DNA of 63,692 nt, counting the filler, from Dehalococcoidia bacterium (lineage in GTDB: Bacteria; Chloroflexota; Dehalococcoidia; DSTF01; RBG-16-68-14): NCBI GenBank assembly GCA_040882355.1. It is 4 parts of 4 records of this genome, joined end to end, with 100 filler letters (N's around TTAATTAATTAA, not from the genome) between each part and the next. Parts side by side here need not be neighbours in the genome. Positions count along the whole stretch, not along the records: positions 18,093 to 35,947 come from JBBEBM010000050.1; 3 more parts are not named here. One strand, 5' to 3'. The notes below the pieces were generated by a model, which was not told the DNA's origin, ran no database searches, and worked only from the letters and a program-made list of their open reading frames with translations. The first letter of the stretch is position 1. Each line of letters opens with the position of its first letter. Made by a program: the position numbers and the translations under genes. Positions 18,111 to 27,087 of this stretch are shown piece after piece.

Positions 18111-19427
18111 ATGGCTATGATGTTACCAATGGCGACCTCAGAGGACAGGATCACCGGCTCCATCTATCCGCGGCAGATCATCGGAGACGTGAGCGGGCAG
18201 CGCGAGCCCGGGCTTCTCTTTGTTCTCCAGCCGATCAATCCTGATTTCACGAAGGTTCTCGGTGCGATCAAGGCGGTAGGCAAGACCAAAGGGCTGACGG
18301 TCCGCCGGGCCGACGACATCAAGAAGCCTGGGGCGATCATGTCACATGTAGTGGAAAGCATGTGCCGCGCCGATGTCGTCGTGGCGGACCTCACCAACCT
18401 AAACCCCAATGTGTTCTACGAGACTGGGATCGGCCATGCGATCCGTGAGGACATGATACTTCTGACGCAAGACATCGAATCGGTGCCCTTCGATCTCCGG
18501 CATCTGCGGCTGATCGAGTACAAAGGGGACCGCCTGGCCAAGCTCAGGGCGAATCTCGGGAACATGGTCGACCAAGTTCTCGCCCTTCCTCCAGACCTTC
18601 GCTGGCCGACACCGCGACAATCCTCTCCCTCTCGATCGACCGATGCCGACGAGCTGCTGACGAGTCGCAACCTGGCAGACATCACCAAGGAGAACTTCGG
18701 CAGCAACCCCGATAGTCAACGCCTGGCAGTGCGCGAGAGGGAATGCACGGTAGACTGCCGAGCCTTCGTGGTGATGTCCCTGGTCCCGTCGTTTTCGATC
18801 ACAATCGATCATGACGGGCTTTGGCACTGGATTGAATCGCGCCGGGCGCGCGTCGACGAAGGAAGTCCTCTCGCGGGTCAAGATGTGCGGCCGCGCGGAA
18901 GTGATGTTGTGATCCGAAGGAAGGCAACCAGCGAATCGGCAGCTAATCAGCTAGCAGGCTACACGCTTGTCCAGCAGTCCGGGTACATCGAGTGGGGGCG
19001 CGCTCTTGGGGGCTGCTACGAGGACATCTGTGTCATTCGACTCACGCCGCTAATGGTTGCCGTGAGGAGCCTGACTAATTTTGGGCTGAGCGTGGCATCG
19101 CAGTTTGGGTGTAGGTATTCCGATCTGGTGGTATCCATCCCGAATGCCGGCGGCACGGTGCTGAGTCACCTTGGGAAGGGATGGCGGGAGCCCTGGCGGA
19201 AGGAGTTTGGAGAACGGTATGCGCCCACCTGCGAGGACCCGCACATCCAAATCCGCTATGCGATGCCGGAGGACGAGGGCAAGATAGACGAACTGCAGCG
19301 CCAGCTGGACGTGCGGCTGAATCGTCTATACGGCTCAGACGTGGGCAGAGCCTTCAACAATGAGCGTCACGGCAATCCTAACGAATTGAATCCGGAGCTC
19401 GTCGGGTATGACGCGTGGGAGCCCTAG
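18111..19427 (+). CDS. Nucleoside 2-deoxyribosyltransferase/TIR-like N-terminal domain fused to an unknown C-terminal domain
   Basis: FVLQP...RRADD...ADVVVADLTNLNPNVFYETGIGHA...PFDLRHLR.IEY; codon usage looks atypical; start uncertain near contig edge. Confidence 0.75.
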   Translation: MAMMLPMATSEDRITGSIYPRQIIGDVSGQREPGLLFVLQPINPDFTKVLGAIKAVGKTKGLTVRRADDIKKPGAIMSHVVESMCRADVVVADLTNLNPNVFYETGIGHAIREDMILLTQDIESVPFDLRHLRLIEYKGDRLAKLRANLGNMVDQVLALPPDLRWPTPRQSSPSRSTDADELLTSRNLADITKENFGSNPDSQRLAVRERECTVDCRAFVVMSLVPSFSITIDHDGLWHWIESRRARVDEGSPLAGQDVRPRGSDVVIRRKATSESAANQLAGYTLVQQSGYIEWGRALGGCYEDICVIRLTPLMVAVRSLTNFGLSVASQFGCRYSDLVVSIPNAGGTVLSHLGKGWREPWRKEFGERYAPTCEDPHIQIRYAMPEDEGKIDELQRQLDVRLNRLYGSDVGRAFNNERHGNPNELNPELVGYDAWEP

Positions 19428-19463
19428 AAATGGCGGTTCCTTGAGGCGGCACGTTCCTCACTC

Positions 19464-19655
19464 GAAGCTGAGGGTTTTCAACCCACACACACACACAAAG
19501 CAACCTCACACGCCACACACAAAGGGTCCCGTCTGCGGGATGAATCCCGCAGCTTCCAGGGGATGGACCGTCCGCGACTGCGGAAGAGAGCCGGCGTCGC
19601 CCTCTCGAAGCTGAGGGTTTCCAACCCTCAGACGCACAACCACCCTCGAACGTCC
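19464..19655. repeat. Left array of alternating GAAG-tagged palindromes
   Basis: GAAG-ctgagggttttcaaccc (19464, +), ctgcgggatgaatcccgcag-CTTC (19533-19556, -), GAAG-ctgagggtttccaaccctcag (19607-19631, +). Confidence 0.85.
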
Positions 19656-19663
19656 ATGACCTC

Positions 19664-20050
19664 TCACACATCGTGCCGATGCGGCCTTTCGCGCTGCGTG
19701 CGGATGTAGTTGCGCACAGTATTCACCTCGGACTGTTCAATCCGCCGCCATCCGTATCCCTTCTGCCAGAATGAGTCGTGGCCGAGATCCAACTTCAGAT
19801 CCGGGCACCTGACGAAGATCGCGCGTGCGCTGGCTCCCTTGAGCTGGTGCATCGCCGAGGGCAGCGTTCGTTCGCCTGTCAGGCGAAGCAGCAAGTGAAC
19901 ATGATCGATAGACGCTTCCACCGCCATCATCTGGATGCCGGTTCGTTGGGCGATATCGCGCAGGATCTCCTTGATGTCGTCACCGACCTCGCCCTCAAGC
20001 GCGTTCGAGCGGCCCTTCGTGCTGAACCAGACGTGATATATGCGTTCCAT
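19664..20050 (-). CDS. tnpA: IS200/IS605-family Y1 (HUH) transposase, probably REP-associated (RAYT/TnpA-REP-like)
   Basis: YHVWFSTK.R, DHVHLL (HUH), LKGASAR, FWQKGY, YIRTQ catalytic Tyr; no tnpB; flanked by several palindromes. Confidence 0.88.
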   Translation of the reverse strand: MERIYHVWFSTKGRSNALEGEVGDDIKEILRDIAQRTGIQMMAVEASIDHVHLLLRLTGERTLPSAMHQLKGASARAIFVRCPDLKLDLGHDSFWQKGYGWRRIEQSEVNTVRNYIRTQRERPHRHDV

Positions 20051-20066
20051 GGGCTGGAGTTCCATT

Positions 20067-20190
20067 CTGCGGGATAAATCCCGCAGCTTCCAGGAGATCC
20101 AGCCTCGGCTACTGCGGATGAGCGCACACGCTACCCCCTTGAAGCTGAGGGTTTTCAACCCTCAGACGCACAGGCAACCCTCCAGCGTCC
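20067..20190. repeat. Right array of alternating GAAG-tagged palindromes
   Basis: ctgcgggataaatcccgcag-CTTC (20067-20090) and GAAG-ctgagggttttcaaccctcag (20141-20165); imperfect direct repeat of 19533-19655. Confidence 0.85.
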
Positions 20191-20389
20191 TGCTATGCCA
20201 CCCACCCCTTCGCGCTCTCGCCACCACGCCCTATCCTCATCCTCGACAACCCGGTTCGGGCACGGGGCGCCATCGCTGGCAGCGTCAGATTCGCCGCTCA
20301 AGCGCCGCAAGCCCCGGTCCGCCCGAAAAAGGCGATTTTGCAAAACGTACTGACACGAAACGCGCGGTAGAGGTTCGAGCACAGAAGGC

Positions 20390-20543
20390 TTGACCGTCAG
20401 GCTAAAGCCTGACCCGCGGAGGAAGGAGTACCGGCGACAAGCGACCAGCAACAGCGACCGGCGCCCTCCGTGCGCTATGCTCTGGGCGCGATTGACCGTC
20501 AGGCTAAGCCTGAGCCGCGGAGAAAGAGGGGTGGAGCGACATG
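20390..20543. repeat. Duplicated REP-like hairpin plus RBS region
   Basis: ttgaccgtcaggctaaagcctgacccgcggaggaaggag...gcgacaag versus ttgaccgtcaggctaagcctgagccgcggagaaagagg...gcgacATG. Confidence 0.7.
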
Positions 20544-21980
20544 AAGAGCGAGCTGCGACTGGAAGGGGCGATGACGCCCGAGCATGTGGCGGAGAAGTAC
20601 GTCTACCTTCCGTTCGACATGCCGGCGGGCGCGCGTCGGCTCGATGTGGCGCTGGAGCGCTCGCAGCAGGTCGCGGGCGCGGAGACGGTCGATAGGTCGC
20701 TCACGCTCGCCGTCTTCGACGCGCGCGGCAACGAGTTCCTCACCGGCGGCTTCCGCGGCCGCGCCGACGGCAAGCGCGAGTTCTTCATCGCGCCGGACGC
20801 GGCAACGCCCAGCTTCCTGCGGGGCCCCCTGCAGCCGGGGCCGTGGTCGCTGATGGTGCAGTGCCCGCCCGATCTGAAGGAGGGCGCGCTGCACTACGAC
20901 TTCAAGCTCACGCTCGACGTCGATGCCGAGGGCGCCCCCGAGACGGCGGACGAGATGCCGAACCCGGGCCGGGATCTCGGGCTGGCTGTCGCGGGTGGCG
21001 CGAACGGCGGCGAAGGGCGCTGGTACAAGGGCGACCTCCACGCCCACAGCGAGCACTCCGACGGCAAGAACCCCGTCGATCAGGTCGTCGACTACGCCCG
21101 GCGCGCGGGGCTCGATTACTTCGCCCTCACCGACCACAACACCATCAGCCACTGGGAGGACCTGGTGCGGCTGAGCAATGGCACCATGCTGCTCATCGGC
21201 GGCGAGGAGGTGACGATGCCGGGCGGGCACGCCAACGTCTGGGGCCTGGAGGACTGGGTCGAGTTCAGGACCAACAGTAGCGAAGACGTCCAGCGCGTGA
21301 TCGACAACGCCCGCGCGCGGGGCTCGATGTTCTCGATCAACCATGCGGACTCGCCGATCCCCTGGCGGCACAACGACGTGGTCGGCTGGCAGGCGATCGA
21401 GGTCTGGAACTCGCCGTGGCGCTGGTACAACGAGCCGACGCTGGTGCGCTGGCAGTACCATCTCAACCTGGGCCGGCGTATCGTCGTCGTCGGCGGCAGC
21501 GACTCGCACTGGGTGCCACCGGCGGACGCGACCCAGCCGAACCTGCCCGGCGAGCCGTGCACGTGGGTCTACGTCGAAGGGCCGCTCACACAGCGCAGCG
21601 TCCTCGATGCCGTCGAACGCGGGCGCGTCTTCGTCTCGGAGGCGCCGACGGGGCCCTTCATCGAGCTGCGCGCGGACGGGGACGGCGACGGCGTCTTCGA
21701 GACGCTGCCCGGCGACGTGATCTCGCCTCGCCCTAGTGAGCCGGTGCGCTTCCACGTGCGCTATCGCGGGCCGGAGGGCGTGCACCTGCGGCTCTTCAAC
21801 CGGAAGGGCATCGTCAAGGACATCACGGCGCCCTCGGAGGAGCACGACGAAGAGCTGGAGCTGCCGTGCCAGGGCCGCGACTACCTGCGCGTGGAGGTGC
21901 GCGGCTATCGCGGCCGGCCCGACCGGGGCGAGGTCGTCCACGCGCTCACGAATCCGATCTACTGGGGCCGCTGGAGGTAG
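20541..21980 (+). CDS. CehA/McbA family PHP-domain metallohydrolase
   Basis: WYKGDLHAHSEHSDG, TDHN, GEEVT..GHAN, INH, IEVWN, GGSDSH. Confidence 0.9.
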   Translation: MKSELRLEGAMTPEHVAEKYVYLPFDMPAGARRLDVALERSQQVAGAETVDRSLTLAVFDARGNEFLTGGFRGRADGKREFFIAPDAATPSFLRGPLQPGPWSLMVQCPPDLKEGALHYDFKLTLDVDAEGAPETADEMPNPGRDLGLAVAGGANGGEGRWYKGDLHAHSEHSDGKNPVDQVVDYARRAGLDYFALTDHNTISHWEDLVRLSNGTMLLIGGEEVTMPGGHANVWGLEDWVEFRTNSSEDVQRVIDNARARGSMFSINHADSPIPWRHNDVVGWQAIEVWNSPWRWYNEPTLVRWQYHLNLGRRIVVVGGSDSHWVPPADATQPNLPGEPCTWVYVEGPLTQRSVLDAVERGRVFVSEAPTGPFIELRADGDGDGVFETLPGDVISPRPSEPVRFHVRYRGPEGVHLRLFNRKGIVKDITAPSEEHDEELELPCQGRDYLRVEVRGYRGRPDRGEVVHALTNPIYWGRWR

Positions 21981-21995
21981 CGGTCGATAGGCACC

Positions 21996-22042
21996 GTAGC
22001 CGAGCCTTGCCAGGCATCGTAGCCGAGCCTTTCCAGGCTCGG
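21996..22042 (+). repeat. Tandem GTAG REP-like palindromes
   Basis: GTAG-ccgagccttgccaggc followed by GTAG-ccgagcctttccaggctcgg. Confidence 0.65.
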
Positions 22043-22043
22043 T

Positions 22044-22436
22044 GACAGAAGCCAGGATGCGCACGCGGCGGCGGGGGAGTGGGCCAATGACTCAGAATTC
22101 GGGATGCGATGCTGGGGAGTGTGCCCGCAACGACAGAAGCCAGGATGCGCACCCGGTGGCGGGGAGTGGGCCAGTGACTCAGANNNNNNNNNNNNNNNNN
22201 NNNNNNNNNNNNNNNNNNNNNNNNNNNNNNNNNNNNNNNNNNNNNNNNNNNNNNNNNNNNNNNNNNNNNNNNNNNNNNNNNNNCGAGAGTGGTAGTAACG
22301 ACAGAAGCCAGGATGCGCACCCGGTGGCGGGGAGTGGGCCAGTGACTCAGAATCCGGGATGCGATGGGGTGGCGAGAGTGGTAGTAACGACAGAAGCCAG
22401 GATGCGCACCCGGTGGCGGGGAGTGGGGATGCATCC
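22044..22436. repeat. Tandem array of 88-89 bp units spanning a scaffold gap
   Basis: gacagaagccaggatgcgcac starts at 22044, 22132, 22300 and 22389; Ns at 22184-22283. Confidence 0.9.
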
Positions 22437-22595
22437 TGACTCCTGCGGTGGGTCCTCTACGAGAGGGGGAGCTATTCCCGTAGCAAACCCTTCACGCCTA
22501 TCATAGGCAGCAGGTGTTAAAAGAAGATAAACCGCCCGCTAAAAGGGTGCGAAGGCTTGCGATGATCGTGGACTTCAGTGCGACACAGGAAGAAG

Positions 22596-22696
22596 CGTGA
22601 TTCCTTCCCACCCACACGCCCTAGAATTGTTGGAGTCCGGGGCACACTCCCAGACCCCCGGCAGAGGGGCCCAGCCCCTCTGCACTCCCCGATCTC
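22596..22696. mobile_element. Divergent MITE-family core
   Basis: ttcccacccacacgccc...cccagacccccggcagaggggcccagcccctctgcactcccc resembles the core of 36335-36478. Confidence 0.55.
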
Positions 22697-22754
22697 ACGG
22701 TAGGTTGTGCGGGTTTGGGGCGGCTTTCTGGCCTTCGGGGAGGCATCTGATCTT

Positions 22755-23084
22755 GTGACCGAAGCTGACGACGCCCGCGCCCGCCTCGAAGGGCTTTCCG
22801 GCGGCACCCGGCGCATGCTGGACTATGTCGCCGTGCTGGAGGGCGGCGCTCGTTACGCCGTGCTCCGCCATCTGGCGCGCGTCACGGAGGAGGACATGGT
22901 CGTCGACCTGCGCGAAGCGGTCGATGCGGGCATCCTCGCCGTCCTGCCGGGCCAGCCGAACGCTTACGACTTCACGAACGAGGCTCTCCGGGCACTCGTT
23001 CTGGCGGAAGCGGGCGAATCGCGGCTCCCGAAGCTGCGCGCTCGCGCCAACGCCGCCCGCCAGCGTGTCGAGGGCGGCGGCTGA
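22755..23084 (+). CDS. Small protein resembling the winged-helix segment of STAND/AAA ATPase regulators
   Basis: LSGGTRRMLDYVAVL...LREAVDAGIL...YDFTNEALRALVL. Confidence 0.65.
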   Translation: MTEADDARARLEGLSGGTRRMLDYVAVLEGGARYAVLRHLARVTEEDMVVDLREAVDAGILAVLPGQPNAYDFTNEALRALVLAEAGESRLPKLRARANAARQRVEGGG

Positions 23085-23191
23085 GCGGGGAGTCGCCCGC
23101 TGGTGGACGACCCCGGCGATGGGTATCGGCGGACCTGAGAATGGACGATATTTCTCCATAAGACTCTGGAGAAAGGTTCGCTTGGCGGAAG

Positions 23192-24616
23192 GTGCAGATC
23201 ATGCTCGTCCGGCGAACGTGGGCGCTCTCAATCTTCCTGCTGGCGCTGCCGGTAGGCGCGCTCTTCGTGCTGAACCGCGCCCCGAGTCTCGATCTCCACT
23301 GGCATCAAGACAAGTTCCACTTCTACGCTGTCTCGGTCACCACCCTGCTGGCCGCGATCACGTGCGCCGTGCTTGTCGCGTCGTCCCGCTCGCTGTGGGA
23401 GACGCGCCTGCTGTTCCTGGCGTTGGCCTTCATGAGCATCGCCGCGATCTTTGCGGTGCACGGCCTGACCACGCCCGGCTTCATCCACGACGAGTTCTAC
23501 CCGTCGCTCGTAGTCTCCGCATGGCTCAGCGTGTTCGCGGGCGCGCTGTTCATCACGGCCAGCGCGGTGGAGTTGCCACATACCGTAGAGCATTTCGTGG
23601 AGCGCCACGGACGGCCGCTCTTCGCCGTCACCGGCGCTGCGCTGGTGGCCTACGTCTACGCCGGCCTGTTCATCGAGGAGTGGCTGAACTGGGTGCCGGT
23701 CGACAACCGCCGCTTCGAGCTCGGCCTCGCCTTCTTGACTATCGGCCTGCTCGCCTTCGCCGCGTGGCGCTACCTGCAGGCGTACTTCTTCGCCCGACTG
23801 CCTTCGCAACTGGCGATGGTGATCGCGCTCGGCCTCCTGATCGACGTCCAGGTGAGCATGGCGTGGGGCCGTACCTACCAGCTCTCGTTCTGGATGTACC
23901 ACGGCCTTTACGTTCTCGCGTTCGTTACCCTGTTCGCCGGGTGGGGGCTGGAGGCGGCACGCGCCGGCAGCCTCAAGGTGATAGTTGAAGGGCTCTCGAT
24001 GCGCGACGCGCTCGCTCAGCTCAACCGCGGCCGTCCGTCGGCGCTCGTGGCGCTGGCCGACGAGATCGAAGTGAAGGACGAGGCGACGCTCGGCCACGTG
24101 AGCCGGGTCGCCTCATACGCGCTCGGCATCGGGCGAGAGCTGGGGCTCCCCTCCTGGGAGCTGCGTTCGCTGGTGCTGGCCGCGCAGATGCACGACGTCG
24201 GCAAGATCGGCACGCCCGACGCAATCCTCTGCAAGCCCGGCCCGCTCACCGACCAAGAGTTCACCGTGATCAAGCAGCACACCGTGCGCGGGCACGAGAT
24301 CGCCGGCCAGGTCGAACCGCTGCGCTCGATCTGCGCGGTCGTGCGTCACCACCACGAGCGCGTCGACGGCGCGGGCTACCCGGACGGCCTGCGCGGCGAG
24401 GGTATCCCGCTCCACTCGCGCATCATCTCAGTCGCGGACACATACGACGCGCTCACGTCGGACCGGCCGTATCGTTTGGCGAAGGCGTCCGACGAGGCCG
24501 TGACCGAAGTGCGACGGGTCAGTGGCAGCCAGCTCGACTCGCGTGTAGTTGAAGCGTTCGTTGCCAGCCTGTCGCGCCCCAAGACCGAACACGAGGCGGA
24601 CGAGCTGGCTGCGTAG
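23192..24616 (+). CDS. Membrane-bound HD-GYP phosphodiesterase
   Basis: About 8 TM segments, then KDE.TLGH..RV, HDVGKIG, HHHER.DG.GYPDGL.GE.IP, ADTYDALTSDRPYR. Confidence 0.92.
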   Translation: MQIMLVRRTWALSIFLLALPVGALFVLNRAPSLDLHWHQDKFHFYAVSVTTLLAAITCAVLVASSRSLWETRLLFLALAFMSIAAIFAVHGLTTPGFIHDEFYPSLVVSAWLSVFAGALFITASAVELPHTVEHFVERHGRPLFAVTGAALVAYVYAGLFIEEWLNWVPVDNRRFELGLAFLTIGLLAFAAWRYLQAYFFARLPSQLAMVIALGLLIDVQVSMAWGRTYQLSFWMYHGLYVLAFVTLFAGWGLEAARAGSLKVIVEGLSMRDALAQLNRGRPSALVALADEIEVKDEATLGHVSRVASYALGIGRELGLPSWELRSLVLAAQMHDVGKIGTPDAILCKPGPLTDQEFTVIKQHTVRGHEIAGQVEPLRSICAVVRHHHERVDGAGYPDGLRGEGIPLHSRIISVADTYDALTSDRPYRLAKASDEAVTEVRRVSGSQLDSRVVEAFVASLSRPKTEHEADELAA

Positions 24617-24720
24617 CATTCGGGCCGTACCGTAAGACACCAGGGCCGGGCTAGCCTGGCTTTCGCATTCGCGACGCTTGCGTGCCCGGGGTGTCCTCAT
24701 GATAATGTCGGCACGTCCCC

Positions 24721-25962
24721 ATGGCCGACACGACCGTCTTCTGGAACGCGACGCTCGTCGACTGCACGGGCCGCGGCCCACGGCCGGGCATGGCTGTCGT
24801 CGTCGAAGGCGAGCGAATCAGCCGCGTCATCTCCACGGACGCTCTCACGCCGCCCCGCGACGCTGACACGATCGACTGCGAGGGGCTCTGCCTGCTGCCC
24901 GGCCTGACCGACGCCCACGTCCACCTGGGCATCGTTGGCGCGGACATGACCGGCACGGGCCGCGAGCCCGGCGCCGTGCTCGCGCTGCGCATCGCCAGGG
25001 TCATCGAAGAGACGCTGGACGCCGGCTTTACCACAGTGCGGGACGCCGGCGGCATCGACGGCGGCTGGGCGCACGCGGTCAGCTCCGGCCTGCTGCGGGG
25101 GCCGCGTATCCTGCCTTCCGGCTCCATGCTGTCGCAGACGGGCGGCCACGGCGACTGGCGCCCGCGCTTTGCCGACGAGCCGATGGCGCCGAGCGTCCCC
25201 GGCCTCATCGCCAATCCGGTCATCTGTGACGGGCCGGACGCCATGCGCCGCGCCGCCCGCGAGCAGCTCCGGCGCGGCGCGACACAGCTCAAGGTGATGG
25301 CCTCCGGCGGCGCGATGTCGCCCACGGACGAGCTGGACCACGCGCAGTTCACCGTCGAGGAGATGGCCGCGGCGGTGCACGAGGCGCGCGCCGTCGGCAC
25401 CTACGTGCTCGCTCACGCCTACGGCCCGCGCGCGATCGGGAACGCGCTCGAGGCGGGCGTCGAGTCGATTGAGCACGGCAACTTCATGGACGAGGCGACG
25501 GCGGCGTCGATCAAGGCGCATGATGCCTGGTACGTGCCGACGCTCGTCACCTACGAGATGATCGACCGCCACGGCGAGGCGCAGGGCATCCCGCAGAACA
25601 ACCTGCGCAAGATCCGCCAGGCGAAGGAGCAGGGCGAAGTGGCGGTACGGATCGCGCAGGAAGCGGGCGTGCCCATCGGCTCCGGCTCCGACCTGCTCGC
25701 CCTGATGCAGCCCTTCAAGACGACGGAGCTGACGCTGAAGGCGCGCGTGCTCGGCAACATGGGCGCGCTGATCAGCGCGACGCGCACCAACGCGCAGCTC
25801 TTCCGCATGGAGGACCGGATCGGCACGGTCGAAGAGGGCAAGCGGGCCGACCTGATCGGCGTCCAGGGCAACCCGGTCGATGACATCGCGGTGCTGGAGT
25901 CGCCGGAGAACGTGAAGCTCGTGATGAAGCGGGGCGCGGTGATGAAGCGGCTGCGGGAATGA
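24721..25962 (+). CDS. Amidohydrolase (Xaa-Pro dipeptidase-like)
   Basis: PGLTDAHVH, GFTTVRDAGG, SQTGGHGD, KVMASGG, AHAYG, IEHG, GSD. Confidence 0.9.
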   Translation: MADTTVFWNATLVDCTGRGPRPGMAVVVEGERISRVISTDALTPPRDADTIDCEGLCLLPGLTDAHVHLGIVGADMTGTGREPGAVLALRIARVIEETLDAGFTTVRDAGGIDGGWAHAVSSGLLRGPRILPSGSMLSQTGGHGDWRPRFADEPMAPSVPGLIANPVICDGPDAMRRAAREQLRRGATQLKVMASGGAMSPTDELDHAQFTVEEMAAAVHEARAVGTYVLAHAYGPRAIGNALEAGVESIEHGNFMDEATAASIKAHDAWYVPTLVTYEMIDRHGEAQGIPQNNLRKIRQAKEQGEVAVRIAQEAGVPIGSGSDLLALMQPFKTTELTLKARVLGNMGALISATRTNAQLFRMEDRIGTVEEGKRADLIGVQGNPVDDIAVLESPENVKLVMKRGAVMKRLRE

Positions 25963-25983
25963 AGATTGCGCTGTAAGACAACC

Positions 25984-26075
25984 GTAGCCGAGCCTGGAGA
26001 GGCTTGGCGGCGAGGCTGGAAAGCCTCGCCTACGGGTGACAGAACCTACGAGTGACACAGCCTACGGGTGACAGA
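25984..26075. repeat. Inverted GTAG REP doublet followed by three 14-15 bp direct repeats
   Basis: GTAG-ccgagcctggagaggcttggc / ggcgaggctggaaagcctcgc-CTAC; cctacgggtgacaga-like units at 26029, 26045 and 26061. Confidence 0.7.
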
Positions 26076-26086
26076 TTGGAGGAAAC

Positions 26087-26962
26087 ATGGCCCTTACGAT
26101 GAGCACGGTGCTGCCCGAGCAGTCGGCGGAAGTCGGCGACATCGTCTACGAGGCGTTCAAGGAGATCGGCGAGCGCCACGGCTTCGAGCCGGCGTTCCAG
26201 ACGCCGGAGCTCGCGCAGCTCATCGTCCGCCTGCTCGCCCAGACGGAGGGCTACGAGTCCTACCTGCTGTTGGAAGACGGCCGTCCCGTCGCCTGCAACT
26301 TCGGCGACGAGCGCGACCGGGTGATCGGCGTCGGCCCGGTGAGCGTCGCGGTCGCGCACCAGGGCCGCGGCTACGGGCGCCGGGTGATGGAGGCGCTGCT
26401 TGATCGCGCAAAGGAGGGCGGCTTCATGTCGGTGCGTCTGGTGCAGGCGGCCTACAACATGGAGTCGTTCTCGCTCTACCACCGGCTCGGTTTCGACGTG
26501 AAGGATGCGCTCGCGAGCATCCGCGGCCGCCCGCCGGCGGACGAGCCGGTCGACGGCACGCTCCGCCTCTACACGCCCGCAGACGCCGAGGCCTGCGACG
26601 CGCTCCACGCCGACGTCTGGGGCTTCAGCCGCCGCCACGATATCGAGTTCATGGCGAACCTCTCGCCGACGACCATCGTCGAGCGCCACGGGCAGATCGC
26701 CGGCTACCTGACGCACTTCCCGGGCGAGGAGCTCTTCATCACGCACGGCGTCGCTCGCGACGAGCGAGCGCTGCGCGACCTGATCGTTGGCGCGTCACGG
26801 GCAACGCCCGGCAACCTGCGCATCAGCTTGCCGGTCAGCCAGGCGGAGACGCTCCGCTGGACGATGGAGCGCGGCTTCCGGCTCGTCGAGATCGATACCT
26901 ATATGGTCTACGGCGACTACGATGCGCCCCAGGGCGCCTGGGTGCCCTCGCCGTTCTACTAG
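26087..26962 (+). CDS. GNAT family N-acetyltransferase
   Basis: GGAGG RBS; GPVSV...HQGRGYGRRVM motif A; SLYHRLGF. Confidence 0.88.
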   Translation: MALTMSTVLPEQSAEVGDIVYEAFKEIGERHGFEPAFQTPELAQLIVRLLAQTEGYESYLLLEDGRPVACNFGDERDRVIGVGPVSVAVAHQGRGYGRRVMEALLDRAKEGGFMSVRLVQAAYNMESFSLYHRLGFDVKDALASIRGRPPADEPVDGTLRLYTPADAEACDALHADVWGFSRRHDIEFMANLSPTTIVERHGQIAGYLTHFPGEELFITHGVARDERALRDLIVGASRATPGNLRISLPVSQAETLRWTMERGFRLVEIDTYMVYGDYDAPQGAWVPSPFY

Positions 26963-26979
26963 ACGGGCAGAGAAGGCGT

Positions 26980-27003
26980 CTGCGGGTCTGAAACCCGCAG
27001 CTT
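26980..27003 (-). repeat. Orphan copy of the tnpA-flanking palindrome
   Basis: ctgcgggtctgaaacccgcagctt resembles ctgcgggatgaatcccgcagcttc at 19533 and 20067. Confidence 0.6.
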
Positions 27004-27087
27004 TTACAGACCGAGCTGTCTTGTGGATCCCTGGCAGCTCTGCCAGGACTGGCGATTTGGGAGCGGCGAGCGGTGTCAGGGCAGCGA

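Noticed and set aside
19484..19520. (CA)n tract as a phase-variation locus
   Set aside because: It lies in a REP linker between convergent gene ends, not in a CDS or promoter
19464..20190. IS605/IS607 element with TnpB and omega-RNA
   Set aside because: No TnpB/IscB ORF next to tnpA; the flanks are multiple short palindromes
22044..22436. CRISPR or TIGR-type guide array
   Set aside because: Inter-repeat segments are near-identical rather than unique spacers, and no cas or tas gene is in the window
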